A stretch of 64,000 nt of DNA from the NCBI GenBank assembly GCA_027320425.1, contig DAHVLJ010000005.1, forward strand, positions 22,832 to 86,831, given 5' to 3'. Below, piece after piece: positions 19,446 to 27,783 of the stretch; within the stretch, counting starts at the first letter, position 1; the number at the start of each line of letters is the position of its first letter. The notes beneath the pieces are model-generated. The model saw only the letters and a list, made by a program, of their open reading frames with translations. It was not told where the DNA came from and did not search any database. This DNA comes from Nitrososphaerota archaeon (GTDB taxonomy: Archaea; Thermoproteota; Nitrososphaeria; Nitrososphaerales; Gagatemarchaeaceae). A program made the position numbers and the translations under genes.

Positions 19446-19537
19446 ATCTGCGGCCGCGCGCTTCGGTCAGCAGAGGCACCCCCATGTGAACCAAACTTCA
19501 CCGCAACAAGATGGTTTTTTGAGTTCCAATCTTTTGA

Positions 19538-20062
19538 TTGTCCTGTAGCCCTTCAAATATCGTAATGCTGGTTAGGACGTTCCGGGTCAGGCGCAGCGCC
19601 GCCGTAGGGGAATACAAGCTGTCTGAGGTCTTCGCTGGCCTGGGCTCATCTTCAGCCCTGCTCAAGGTGTTCGGGTCAAAGACCCAGATGGCCAAGATCA
19701 TGAACCACCTCAAGCTCAGGGTGGAGCGGAACGACTCTGGGTTATGGCTCGACAGGGACACTGGTACGATCTGCATCGGGTCCAAGCACCTCGCGTCGGC
19801 CAAGAACGACTTCCTCTACCTCGACGTCATCCACGTGCTCGTCCACGTTCGCCAGTTCCTTGAAGGGAAGGAGCTGTATGACCAGGCGTTCGAGTACGTG
19901 GACAGGCCGACCGAGCTCGAAGCCTATAGGACCACGGTGGCTGAGGCAAGGAGGGTGGGCATGGAAGAGGACGAGATCCTGAGGTATCTGAGGATGGACG
20001 CAGTCGACGACTCCGAGCTTGGCAAGCTAATGGAGAAGATCGGCGTGAAAGTTAGGCGCTGA
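19538..20062 (+). CDS. hypothetical protein with HxxxH (degenerate HExxH-like) motif
   Basis: 174-aa ORF (alternative ATG 19565). It contains LDVIHVLVHVRQ followed by TELEAYR. I recognise no family. Confidence 0.5.
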   Translation: MSCSPSNIVMLVRTFRVRRSAAVGEYKLSEVFAGLGSSSALLKVFGSKTQMAKIMNHLKLRVERNDSGLWLDRDTGTICIGSKHLASAKNDFLYLDVIHVLVHVRQFLEGKELYDQAFEYVDRPTELEAYRTTVAEARRVGMEEDEILRYLRMDAVDDSELGKLMEKIGVKVRR

Positions 20063-20092
20063 ATACGCCCGTTTTCAGGCGAAAACCGCGCT

Positions 20093-21418
20093 TCAGACCT
20101 TCTTAGAAGGGATGCCGGGCTCGACCAATCCACTCATGTTCAACATCGAATCTATCTCCTTGGGCCCGAAGCCGAGCTTCTTGAGCGCCGTCCTTATCGG
20201 GGTTCCTCTGGCTATCTCCTTCCCGAGCACCGCCGCCTTGTCATAGCCAATCCTGGGGGACACGAGGGTAATCAGCGCGGGGCTTGTCTCCGCGTATCCT
20301 AGGGCCTTCTCCCTCTTGGGGACTACGTGGGCGACCACAAGGGAGGACACCTTGTTCAGAGCCTCAGACAGTAGCTTGGCCTGGAGCACGACGTTGTACC
20401 CCATCAGGGGGACCCCCATGGCAAGCTCGAACTCTCCGAGGGACGCCGCGAAAGCGTTCGCCCCGTCGAGGCCCACCACTTCGGCAACCGCCAGGAGCGC
20501 GCTCTCGACTGTCACCGGGTTGGTCTTCCCGGGCATTATGCTGCTCCCGGCGACCTCTTCCTGCGTAGGTATGTCTATCTCTCCCAGCCCTGTCAGAGGT
20601 CCCGAGAACATCAGGCGCAGGTCCTGGCAAAGCCTGTAGAGGCCGATGCTGACCGTTCGCATGGCCCCGCTCAAGGCAGACATGTCAGTGAGAAGCCGCG
20701 TCGGCCTGAACTTGTTGCTCGCACTCGTGAACCGGATCTTCGAAAGGTCGGCCACTCCCTTCGCCACCATCCCGCCGAACTTCGGGTCGGAATTCAATCC
20801 GGTCCCGACAGCCGTCCCTCCAATAGGGAGCTCAAGAAGAAAACCAAGTGTATCCTTGACAAGCTTCGAGTCTCGGGAGAACTCGTCGGCGAACGCCCCG
20901 AACTCCTGCCCCATAGTGACGGGAAGCGCGTCTCTCAGGTGCGTCCTCCCCGACTTGTACACTGTAGACGTCCTCTTTGACAGCGATGCCAGGCTCCTTC
21001 TCATCCCATCGAGCGCTGGAAGCAGGTCCCTGCTGACCGCCAGAGCGGCCGCGACCCTGACAGCGGTCGGCCCCACGTCGTTGGACGACTGGCTCATGTT
21101 GACATGGTCGTTCGGGTGCACCTTCTTCCCCAACTCGTTCGTCGCGAGCTCGGCTATGACCTCGTTCGCGTTCATGTTGAACCCGGTCCCAGACCCTGTC
21201 TGGTAGACGTCAACGACCATCAGGTCGTCATGTTTGCCCTCCATCAGCTCCCTCGCCGTCGACTGTATGGCCTTCCCAACCTCCCTGTCCAGGAGGCCCA
21301 GCTCGGAGTTAGATCTAGCCGCGGAGAGCTTTATCGCACCGACCGCCCAGATGACTTCCCTTGGGAAACGGGTGCCTGTGTTGAGAAAGACTCGCTTAGA
21401 GCCTTCCACGTACTTCAA
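20093..21418 (-). CDS. class II fumarate hydratase / aspartate ammonia-lyase family enzyme
   Basis: Signature GSSIMPGKTNP and QTGSGTGFNMNANEVIA. The ORF extends to 21583 but overlaps the IscA gene by 116 nt. TTG 21418 (MKYVEGSK) is the first start after the IscA stop. Confidence 0.85.
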   Translation of the reverse strand: MKYVEGSKRVFLNTGTRFPREVIWAVGAIKLSAARSNSELGLLDREVGKAIQSTARELMEGKHDDLMVVDVYQTGSGTGFNMNANEVIAELATNELGKKVHPNDHVNMSQSSNDVGPTAVRVAAALAVSRDLLPALDGMRRSLASLSKRTSTVYKSGRTHLRDALPVTMGQEFGAFADEFSRDSKLVKDTLGFLLELPIGGTAVGTGLNSDPKFGGMVAKGVADLSKIRFTSASNKFRPTRLLTDMSALSGAMRTVSIGLYRLCQDLRLMFSGPLTGLGEIDIPTQEEVAGSSIMPGKTNPVTVESALLAVAEVVGLDGANAFAASLGEFELAMGVPLMGYNVVLQAKLLSEALNKVSSLVVAHVVPKREKALGYAETSPALITLVSPRIGYDKAAVLGKEIARGTPIRTALKKLGFGPKEIDSMLNMSGLVEPGIPSKKV

Positions 21419-21467
21419 CGTAGAATTCGCGGAAAGCCGTCTGCTCTTAAGTTCTTGTCCGAGGGCC

Positions 21468-21815
21468 TCAGTGGCCGCCGCAGCCGCACGCCTCGACGTG
21501 CACGTTGGGGTTCTCGATCTTGAACCCTGTCTTTTGCAGACTGTCGATAAAATCGATCCTTGAACCGCGTAGCATCTCAGCATCGGCCTTCGCCGCCATC
21601 ACCTTCAAGCCGCTGACGTCCTCGACCACATCGGTGTCGGCGGGTGACTTCTCCAGGCTCAGTGCATACCTGTATCCTCCGCTGCACGCGCAGCCGCCTC
21701 CCTGGTAGATCTCGATCTTCAGGAAAGAGTCAGTAGCCTTCTCCTGCTCGAGCACTTCCCCTATCTTCTGTCTGGCAAGCGGGGTGAACATGACCAGCGG
21801 TTGCATTTCTTGCAT
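21468..21815 (-). CDS. iron-sulfur cluster insertion protein (IscA/HesB family)
   Basis: GGGCACSGGYRYAL and the C-terminal ACGCGGH cysteines. An internal ATG at 21815/21806 avoids overlap with the DUF131 gene. Confidence 0.8.
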   Translation of the reverse strand: MQEMQPLVMFTPLARQKIGEVLEQEKATDSFLKIEIYQGGGCACSGGYRYALSLEKSPADTDVVEDVSGLKVMAAKADAEMLRGSRIDFIDSLQKTGFKIENPNVHVEACGCGGH

Positions 21816-21858
21816 TGTTTTCCATGTTAGGAACTTTCTATTTAATACTTTCTTGACT

Positions 21859-22101
21859 TCAGGACTGCCTTCTCCATCCATGCCAGGACCACACGATGAG
21901 AAGCGCCACCGCTATCGCGCCCACGATGGCCGACCCGACACCTAGCGCCCATCCCCCTGGCCCGGCCCCAAAGACGATGGGGAAAGGCCCAACAAATACC
22001 ACCCCTCCTACCGCGACGTTTCCAGCAGGCGCGGCCGCGGCGAAGAGCAGCGCGAACCCCAAGAGCATCGCCAGCATGCCCGCAGCCATAAGCCGCTTCA
22101 A
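21859..22101 (-). CDS. DUF131 (TIGR00304-like) small membrane protein, copy 2
   Basis: 80 aa with two TM helices flanking GGVVFVGPFPIVFGAG. Confidence 0.65.
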   Translation of the reverse strand: MKRLMAAGMLAMLLGFALLFAAAAPAGNVAVGGVVFVGPFPIVFGAGPGGWALGVGSAIVGAIAVALLIVWSWHGWRRQS

Positions 22102-22104
22102 GCG

Positions 22105-22335
22105 CTACGCCCACCCCATGAAAAAAACCAGCAGCATCAAAACGATCGCGAGGACTATGGCGACGCTTGCCCACCTCGTGTCTGACCCGAAAATTATGGG
22201 GATGGGCCCTATCATCACGACCCCTCCTCCTCTTACCTTGACGCCGTCATCACGGGGCCCCCTCAGCATCGAGACTGCAACCGCGCCAAAACCCACGAGG
22301 ACTAACACGAGCCCCAGCAAGCCGAGATCGGCCAA
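22105..22335 (-). CDS. DUF131 (TIGR00304-like) small membrane protein, copy 1
   Basis: 76 aa with two TM helices flanking GGGVVMIGPIPIIFGSD. It lies 3 nt upstream of its paralogue. Confidence 0.65.
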   Translation of the reverse strand: MADLGLLGLVLVLVGFGAVAVSMLRGPRDDGVKVRGGGVVMIGPIPIIFGSDTRWASVAIVLAIVLMLLVFFMGWA

Positions 22336-22396
22336 CGGGGCCGTCGGGAGCGAGTTCCGCTAAATCTTTTTGCGGCGGGACGTGCGCCGTCCCGGC

Positions 22397-22564
22397 CTTG
22401 GCCGAATACCGCTGGTGTGAGAAGTGCGGCACGAGGACAGAACACCTGGCTGTAGTGGACACCAGAGACTACAATCCCAGGGGAAGGGGGCTCTACAAGT
22501 GCAAGCAGTGCGGGAGGGTGAAGTCGATGCGCCATCTGAGGCCGAGTTCTGAGATAGGGTACTG
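22397..22564 (+). CDS. 55-aa zinc-ribbon protein (not in the ORF track, below the 60-aa cutoff)
   Basis: My own translation: (TTG)AEYRWCEKCGTRTEHLAVVDTRDYNPRGRGLYKCKQCGRVKSMRHLRPSSEIGY*. Two CxxC knuckles are spaced as in a rubredoxin-like ribbon. Confidence 0.45.
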
Positions 22565-22642
22565 ATTTTCACAGCACCCAAGTGGATTTACACGTCTGTG
22601 CTAAGGACTGGTTATATACGCTCTCTCTTTTTGCGGATAACG

Positions 22643-24271
22643 ATGAGCGGCTCCCAAGACGAGGACAAGGGCCCGACCGTATTCGCAAGGGACAGCACCG
22701 GGCTCGTCAAGAACGTCTCGTTCCTCGACAGCATAGCGCTCAATCTGAGTAACATGTCGATCGGACCGCTCCTCACGACGATCGCGGGATCGACCACTGC
22801 GACGCTATTCATCGTTCCGACCGTCACCGGGCTCAACCTGATCGCGGCGTCGGTTATCGCGTTCATTCTGGCTATCCCTCAGGTAGTGGTTTACACGATG
22901 ATGTCCAGGAGGTTCCCGCGCACGGGCGGAGACTACGTCTGGATCTCCAGGACCTTCGGTGGCTTCTTCGGTAGCACGCTGTCGTTCTTCGGATACACCA
23001 TGGAGACCCTCGCCTTCCTCGCGCTGGTGGCTCTATTGACTGACTTCACCGTCGGCAGCGCAGGGCTCACCATGTCGTTCACGTACTGGGGGTACACAGG
23101 AGCCGGCGCCCCACCATACTTCAACTGGTTCAACCTCTTCTCTGACCCTACCACGCAGTTCCTCGTTGGCGCCATCCCGTTCGCAGCGGTGATCCTGCTC
23201 AACATCTGGAAGCCAAAGGCAGGATACAGGCTGGTCTCGATTCTGACGATAATCGGCGTTTTCACGCTCCTGCTCTCCATGGCGGAGCTCCTCATCGCAG
23301 GCCAGGCCGGGGTCAAGGCATACATCGACGGGACGGCTCCATATCTGCAGTATGGAGGGGCCAACTCCACCTACGAGTATCTGAGCTCCCACTATGTCGC
23401 CTCGGGCGGACTGTTTGACATCAACTTCGGCAACACAATCTACATCATGCCCGTCATCTTCGCCTTCGTCTATCCTTGGCTGAACGCGGCCCCCGCAGTG
23501 GCGTCAGAGATCAAAGACAAGCGGGCGCTGAAATGGAACGTCCCTATCTCAGCGATAACCGCCTTCGTTCTCCTGACAGGCTCCCTCGCGGTCCTCTACG
23601 GAGTGGCGGGGATGCCCTTCGTCAACTCAGCGTTCGCCAGTCACGCTTGGGCTAACGACGGGCTGAACTTCTTCACCCTCGCCATGGCCGTCTCAAACAA
23701 CATCTGGATCGCGGGCATCATCGGCATCGGCTCTATCCTCATGCAGTTCGGGGTCATAGCCTACGGTGTAATCGTGTTCTCGAGGTACATGCTTGCCCAG
23801 TCGCTGGACAGGTTCCTCCCGGCGAAGCTGTCATACGTCAGCGCGAGGTTTGGGTCTCCGGTCGTGGCGATGGCGGTCGACCTCGTCATCGCCGTCCTGC
23901 TCATCGGGCTCGCGTCTTACTTCTCGAGCACATTCTTCGCCCTGTTCGGCACCATCATCGCTTCGATGATCTACTTCACGATAGTCGGGCTGACGGCAGC
24001 CACCCACGGTATCAAGAAGGAGAAAGGCGCAGCTAGGAGCCTGCTGGCCGTATTCGGCATCCTCGACGCAGGGGTCTTCGCCTTCCTCGTCTACCAGTAT
24101 CTGACGAGCCCGACGTTCAGCATATTCACTGTCAACCCGGCTTGGCTGAACGAAGCGTACATCGTTACCACCCTGGTCGCAGGGGCGGTCATCTACCTGG
24201 CGTCGCGGTGGTACCACAAGAAGCGCGGCATGAACATCGACCTGAACTACAAGGAACTCCCTCCTGACTAG
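22643..24271 (+). CDS. APC-superfamily amino acid/polyamine permease
   Basis: About 12 TM helices with an N-terminal VFARDSTGLVKNVSFLDSIALNLSNMSIGP pattern typical of APC permeases. ATG 22643. Confidence 0.75.
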   Translation: MSGSQDEDKGPTVFARDSTGLVKNVSFLDSIALNLSNMSIGPLLTTIAGSTTATLFIVPTVTGLNLIAASVIAFILAIPQVVVYTMMSRRFPRTGGDYVWISRTFGGFFGSTLSFFGYTMETLAFLALVALLTDFTVGSAGLTMSFTYWGYTGAGAPPYFNWFNLFSDPTTQFLVGAIPFAAVILLNIWKPKAGYRLVSILTIIGVFTLLLSMAELLIAGQAGVKAYIDGTAPYLQYGGANSTYEYLSSHYVASGGLFDINFGNTIYIMPVIFAFVYPWLNAAPAVASEIKDKRALKWNVPISAITAFVLLTGSLAVLYGVAGMPFVNSAFASHAWANDGLNFFTLAMAVSNNIWIAGIIGIGSILMQFGVIAYGVIVFSRYMLAQSLDRFLPAKLSYVSARFGSPVVAMAVDLVIAVLLIGLASYFSSTFFALFGTIIASMIYFTIVGLTAATHGIKKEKGAARSLLAVFGILDAGVFAFLVYQYLTSPTFSIFTVNPAWLNEAYIVTTLVAGAVIYLASRWYHKKRGMNIDLNYKELPPD

Positions 24272-24281
24272 GTCACCTGGA

Positions 24282-25250
24282 ATGATCGAGGATCCCGTAC
24301 TCCTCAACGACTGGCACCCCATTGCGAAGTCCTCCGACGTGCCTGAGGCGACATTGCTTTCAGCGAGGCTCTTGGACGAAGACCTTGTCATATGGCGCGT
24401 CAACGGGCAAGTAAGGGCATGGCAGGACCTCTGCGTCCACAGAGGAACGCGGCTGTCGCTTGGACGACTTAGGGGGGACCTGCTCGAGTGCGCATACCAC
24501 GGATGGACCTACAATACCGCAGGAGAGTGCGTCAAGATGCCCGCCCACCCGGAGCAGAAGCCCCCAGCCAAAGCCAAGGTTCTGACGTATCGCACAAGAG
24601 AGGACTATGGTCTGATATGGGCCTGCCTGGGCGAGCCTTCCAGGGATGTGCCGCCCTTTGACGAGTGGTCTGACCCCTCATACAGGAAAGTGTGCAGCGG
24701 ACCGTTCCGATACAAGGCAAGCGGCACCAGGGCGGTGGAGAATTTCCTTGACGTCGCACATCTGCCGATCGTCCACGAAGGCATACTTGGCGAAAGGGCC
24801 CACGCAGAGATCCAGGATTACGAAGTCGAACAGACGGAAGAAGGCATAATCGCCAAAAACGTGAGGATTTGGCAACCCAACCCGGACGGGACAGGGGTCG
24901 CCAAGGAAGTCAACTACACCTACAAGGTCTTCAGACCGCTGACCATGTACCTCTCCAAAGACGCGGCAGAAGGGAGGTTCTCCATCTTCGCTTCAGTCTG
25001 TCCGGTGAGCGAGTTCGAATCGGTAGCTTGGTTCTGGACGGCGATGAACTACGGCCATGAGATCCCCGACGAAGAGCTGATCGCGGCGCAGAACCAGATA
25101 ACCCAGCAGGATATACCGGTAGTCGAGTCGCAGAGGCCGGAGCGGCTCCCGCTCGACCTGCAGGCGGAACTGCATCTCCGCTCCGACAGGATGGCCGTCG
25201 CATACAGGAAATGGATGAGACAGCTGGGTCTGTCTTTCGGGACGTCCTGA
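24282..25250 (+). CDS. Rieske non-heme iron oxygenase, alpha-subunit-like
   Basis: Rieske motif CVHRGTRLSLG...CAYHGWTY plus the mononuclear-iron motif ENFLDVAHLPIVH (E-x3-D-x2-H-x4-H). Confidence 0.85.
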   Translation: MIEDPVLLNDWHPIAKSSDVPEATLLSARLLDEDLVIWRVNGQVRAWQDLCVHRGTRLSLGRLRGDLLECAYHGWTYNTAGECVKMPAHPEQKPPAKAKVLTYRTREDYGLIWACLGEPSRDVPPFDEWSDPSYRKVCSGPFRYKASGTRAVENFLDVAHLPIVHEGILGERAHAEIQDYEVEQTEEGIIAKNVRIWQPNPDGTGVAKEVNYTYKVFRPLTMYLSKDAAEGRFSIFASVCPVSEFESVAWFWTAMNYGHEIPDEELIAAQNQITQQDIPVVESQRPERLPLDLQAELHLRSDRMAVAYRKWMRQLGLSFGTS

Positions 25251-25254
25251 GAGG

Positions 25255-26292
25255 TCAGTCTGTCCCCATTTCGGCAGCCAGCGCGGTGAGCTTCCCGATC
25301 TGCGCCGCCTTCGTATCCTCTTCGAGGAACGACGCCTCGAACGAGTTCCTTAGCAGCCGCAGAATCTCTCTCTCACCGAGCGAGAAAGCCTCGATCACCG
25401 CGTCAAGGTTCTTCGCGATGTAACCCTTGAAGTAGGCGGGGTCGTCCGAGTTGATGCACGCTACCATCCCGAGGTCTAGTGCCTTCTTGACGGGCATCTC
25501 AGCGACCGACCTGAAGTATTCGACGCCTATGGACGCGAGCGGACAGAAGGTCACCGGGATCCTCTCTGACACCACCCTCCTTACGAGGTCAGGGTCCTCG
25601 AACATATGGTACCCGTGGTCAATCCGCGAGATCTTCAACGAGTCGAGCGCTTCCCATACGTATTCTGGCGGCGCCTCTTCCCCTGCATGTGCGACAGCCA
25701 TGAAACCCTCAGCCTTCGCGCGCGCATATACGGCCGAGAACTTACCCGGCGGGTTTCCCAGCTCTTTGGAGTCCATCCCGACCGACTTTATCCACGCTTT
25801 GTGCTTCAGCGCCTGTTCCAGCGTCTCCATCGCGGACTCAGAGCTCATGTCCCTCAGGAAGCACATGATGAGGCTGGAAGAGAACCCGAGATTTCCTCTG
25901 GCGTCTTCGAGCGCTCTGTGGATTCCCTTGACGACGGCGTCGAACGGGACCCCTCTGCTGGTGTGAGCCTGCGGGTCGAAAAATATCTCGGCGTGCACCA
26001 CACCCTCAGACTTGGCCCTCTTGACGTAAGCCATAGTCAGGTCATAGAAGTCCCGCTCTTCGATCAACGTCTTCATCGCGCCGTAATAGATGTCTAGGAA
26101 GCTCTGAAGATCTGTGAAATTGTAAGCAGCTCTCGCTTCCTCCGGCGTCGCGTACGGGGTCTTCACTCCGTTGCGCCGAGAAAAACTCAGCATCATCTCG
26201 GGCTCGAGCGTGCCCTCGACGTGAAGGTGGAGCTCAGACTTGGGGAGCGAGCGGGCCATCCGTTTTAGACGGCCGGGGTCGCCCTTCGTCAT
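25255..26292 (-). CDS. add: adenosine/adenine deaminase family
   Basis: LPKSELHLHVEGTLEP metal site, HAGE, and INSDDPAYF. Confidence 0.88.
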   Translation of the reverse strand: MTKGDPGRLKRMARSLPKSELHLHVEGTLEPEMMLSFSRRNGVKTPYATPEEARAAYNFTDLQSFLDIYYGAMKTLIEERDFYDLTMAYVKRAKSEGVVHAEIFFDPQAHTSRGVPFDAVVKGIHRALEDARGNLGFSSSLIMCFLRDMSSESAMETLEQALKHKAWIKSVGMDSKELGNPPGKFSAVYARAKAEGFMAVAHAGEEAPPEYVWEALDSLKISRIDHGYHMFEDPDLVRRVVSERIPVTFCPLASIGVEYFRSVAEMPVKKALDLGMVACINSDDPAYFKGYIAKNLDAVIEAFSLGEREILRLLRNSFEASFLEEDTKAAQIGKLTALAAEMGTD

Positions 26293-26438
26293 TGGTTCAC
26301 AAGTCTGATTTTGGCACTTAAGGGTTCGAGCGAAAGTTGCAGGCTTGCGGCAATTCAGAGCGGAAACGCACGCGTCCTCTGGAGACCCATCTGGCGGATG
26401 AGGCCGCCCCGAAAAGGGTACCCGCGGAGAAAGCTTAG

Positions 26439-26536
26439 TGGAGCCGGCGGAGGGCCTCCCGCTTGCTGACGCAAGAATCGATCCCTCGACCTTTCGCTTA
26501 CGAGGCGAACGCTCTACCAGGCTGAGCTACGCCGGC
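26439..26536 (-). tRNA. tRNA-Thr (anticodon CGT) with 21-nt intron in the T-loop and encoded CCA
   Basis: Acceptor GCCGGCG/CGCCGGC, D arm GCTC/GAGC, anticodon stem TTCGC/GCGAA, loop CTCGTAA. T stem GAGGG/CCCTC is separated by 28 nt instead of 7. The insert at 26456-26476 (TCTTGCGTCAGCAAGCGGGAG) has BHB geometry. The 3' end reads T-CCA. Confidence 0.8.
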
Positions 26537-26562
26537 ACGAATCTGACCCGCAGCGTCGACTC

Positions 26563-26569
26563 GTTAAAG
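26563..26569 (-). promoter_or_regulatory. TATA-like box for tRNA-Thr
   Basis: CTTTAAC on the minus strand, 27-33 nt upstream of the tRNA 5' end. Confidence 0.4.
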
Positions 26570-26589
26570 CCTTGTTGGCTTGACAACGC

Positions 26590-26597
26590 TTTTAGAA
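26590..26597 (+). promoter_or_regulatory. TATA-like box for tRNA-Leu
   Basis: TTTTAGAA, 27-34 nt upstream of the tRNA 5' end. Confidence 0.45.
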
Positions 26598-26623
26598 TTC
26601 CCGAAGACGGCCTGCGTCCGAGT

Positions 26624-26708
26624 GCGGGGGTCGCCCAGCATGGTCAACGGCGTGGGACTGAGGCTCCCATCCCTTAGGGGTTCGAGGGTTCAAATCCCTC
26701 CCCCCGCA
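26624..26708 (+). tRNA. tRNA-Leu (anticodon GAG), type II, no intron
   Basis: Acceptor GCGGGGG/CCCCCGC, anticodon stem TGGGA/TCCCA, loop CTGAGGC, long variable arm (CCC-TTA-GGG), T arm GAGGG-TTCAAAT-CCCTC. Confidence 0.9.
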
Positions 26709-26760
26709 TCCGTCTCTCACGTCAGACCTTCTGCCAACGTTTAATGCGGGCCAGGGACTC

Positions 26761-27642
26761 GTGGGAGGCATGCGCTCGAAAGAAGGCTTCGCTTCTGTCC
26801 TGGGGCACGACCTGTTCTACAGGCAGTTTGGTGAACCCACCATTGGAGAGGTGCTGGGGCTCCATGGAGGACCAGGGGCGACTCACGACTACCTCGTGCC
26901 CCTCGCCGATCTCGCCGCGCACGGCTACCGGGTGACCCTATACGACCAGCTCGGCTGTGGGCGGTCCCAGCTCCCCAAGGACCCCTCCCTTTTCGTCCCT
27001 GAGCACTACGTGGAGGAGTTGGAGGCGTTCCGAAAAGAGATGAAGCTCGGAAGGCCGCACCTGATCGGCTCAAGCTGGGGAGGGATGCTGGCGATCGCCT
27101 ACGCGCTGAAGTATCAGAAGAACCTGAAGACAATGACCACGGTGGGGGGCCTGCACAGCGTGCCTCTAACCGCGAGCGAGATGCAGAGGATGAAGAAGAC
27201 CCTGCCGGCGAATGTCCGAAGGACAATGGAGATGTATGAAACCGCAGGAGAATATGACGCCCCGGAGTATCAGGAGGCGGTGATGGTCTTCTACAGGAAG
27301 TTCCTCTGCAGGCTGGACCCGTGGCCTGCTGAAGTCGCCTATTCCCTTAGCCACATCAGCAAACCGGTGTACGGGACCATGAACGGACCAAACGAGTTCA
27401 CGATAACAGGCAACATCAGGTACTGGGACGTCACCGAAAGACTAAGCGACATCCACGCGCCTACTCTCGTATTGGGCGGGAGGTATGACGAGGTCTCACC
27501 GCTCGTCGCCAAAGAAATCCACAGCCACATCAAGGGCTCGGAACTGACGATCTTTCCCAACAGCTCCCACGTGGCCTTCTGGGAGGAGCGAGCGGCTTTC
27601 ATGAAGAGGTATCTGCGCTTCCTTGCGAAGCACCCCCGCTAG
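26761..27642 (+). CDS. pip: proline iminopeptidase-family alpha/beta hydrolase
   Basis: LHGGPGATHDY oxyanion region and the nucleophile elbow GSSWGGMLA. Length is about 290 aa, as in archaeal prolyl aminopeptidases. Confidence 0.85.
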   Translation: MGGMRSKEGFASVLGHDLFYRQFGEPTIGEVLGLHGGPGATHDYLVPLADLAAHGYRVTLYDQLGCGRSQLPKDPSLFVPEHYVEELEAFRKEMKLGRPHLIGSSWGGMLAIAYALKYQKNLKTMTTVGGLHSVPLTASEMQRMKKTLPANVRRTMEMYETAGEYDAPEYQEAVMVFYRKFLCRLDPWPAEVAYSLSHISKPVYGTMNGPNEFTITGNIRYWDVTERLSDIHAPTLVLGGRYDEVSPLVAKEIHSHIKGSELTIFPNSSHVAFWEERAAFMKRYLRFLAKHPR

Positions 27643-27783
27643 CTTCGAAGCTCATTCAGCTAAACCCGCTCGAACGTGTCGCTCACAGCCTCGGCTCGGT
27701 TCTGCCAGTCGGATGCCCTCGAGCGTCAGCCGACTGAGACGGTCCGCCCTGACGGGATGCGGCGTGTGCGGACTTGTACATCG

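Noticed and set aside
21419-21583. N-terminal extension of the fumarase/aspartase-family ORF
   Set aside because: It would overlap the IscA gene by 116 nt with Arg/Ala/Thr-rich sequence. TTG 21418 is the first start codon after the IscA stop.
21842-22363. ORFs 21842-22174 (minus) and 21896-22363 (plus) overlapping the DUF131 pair
   Set aside because: The alternative frames give Arg/Gly/Pro-rich products. The chosen frames give two clean two-TM proteins with the conserved GP(I/F)PI(I/V)FG loop.
26438-26677. 79-aa ORF covering tRNA-Thr and part of tRNA-Leu
   Set aside because: The sequence is fully explained by two tRNA genes and their promoter spacer.
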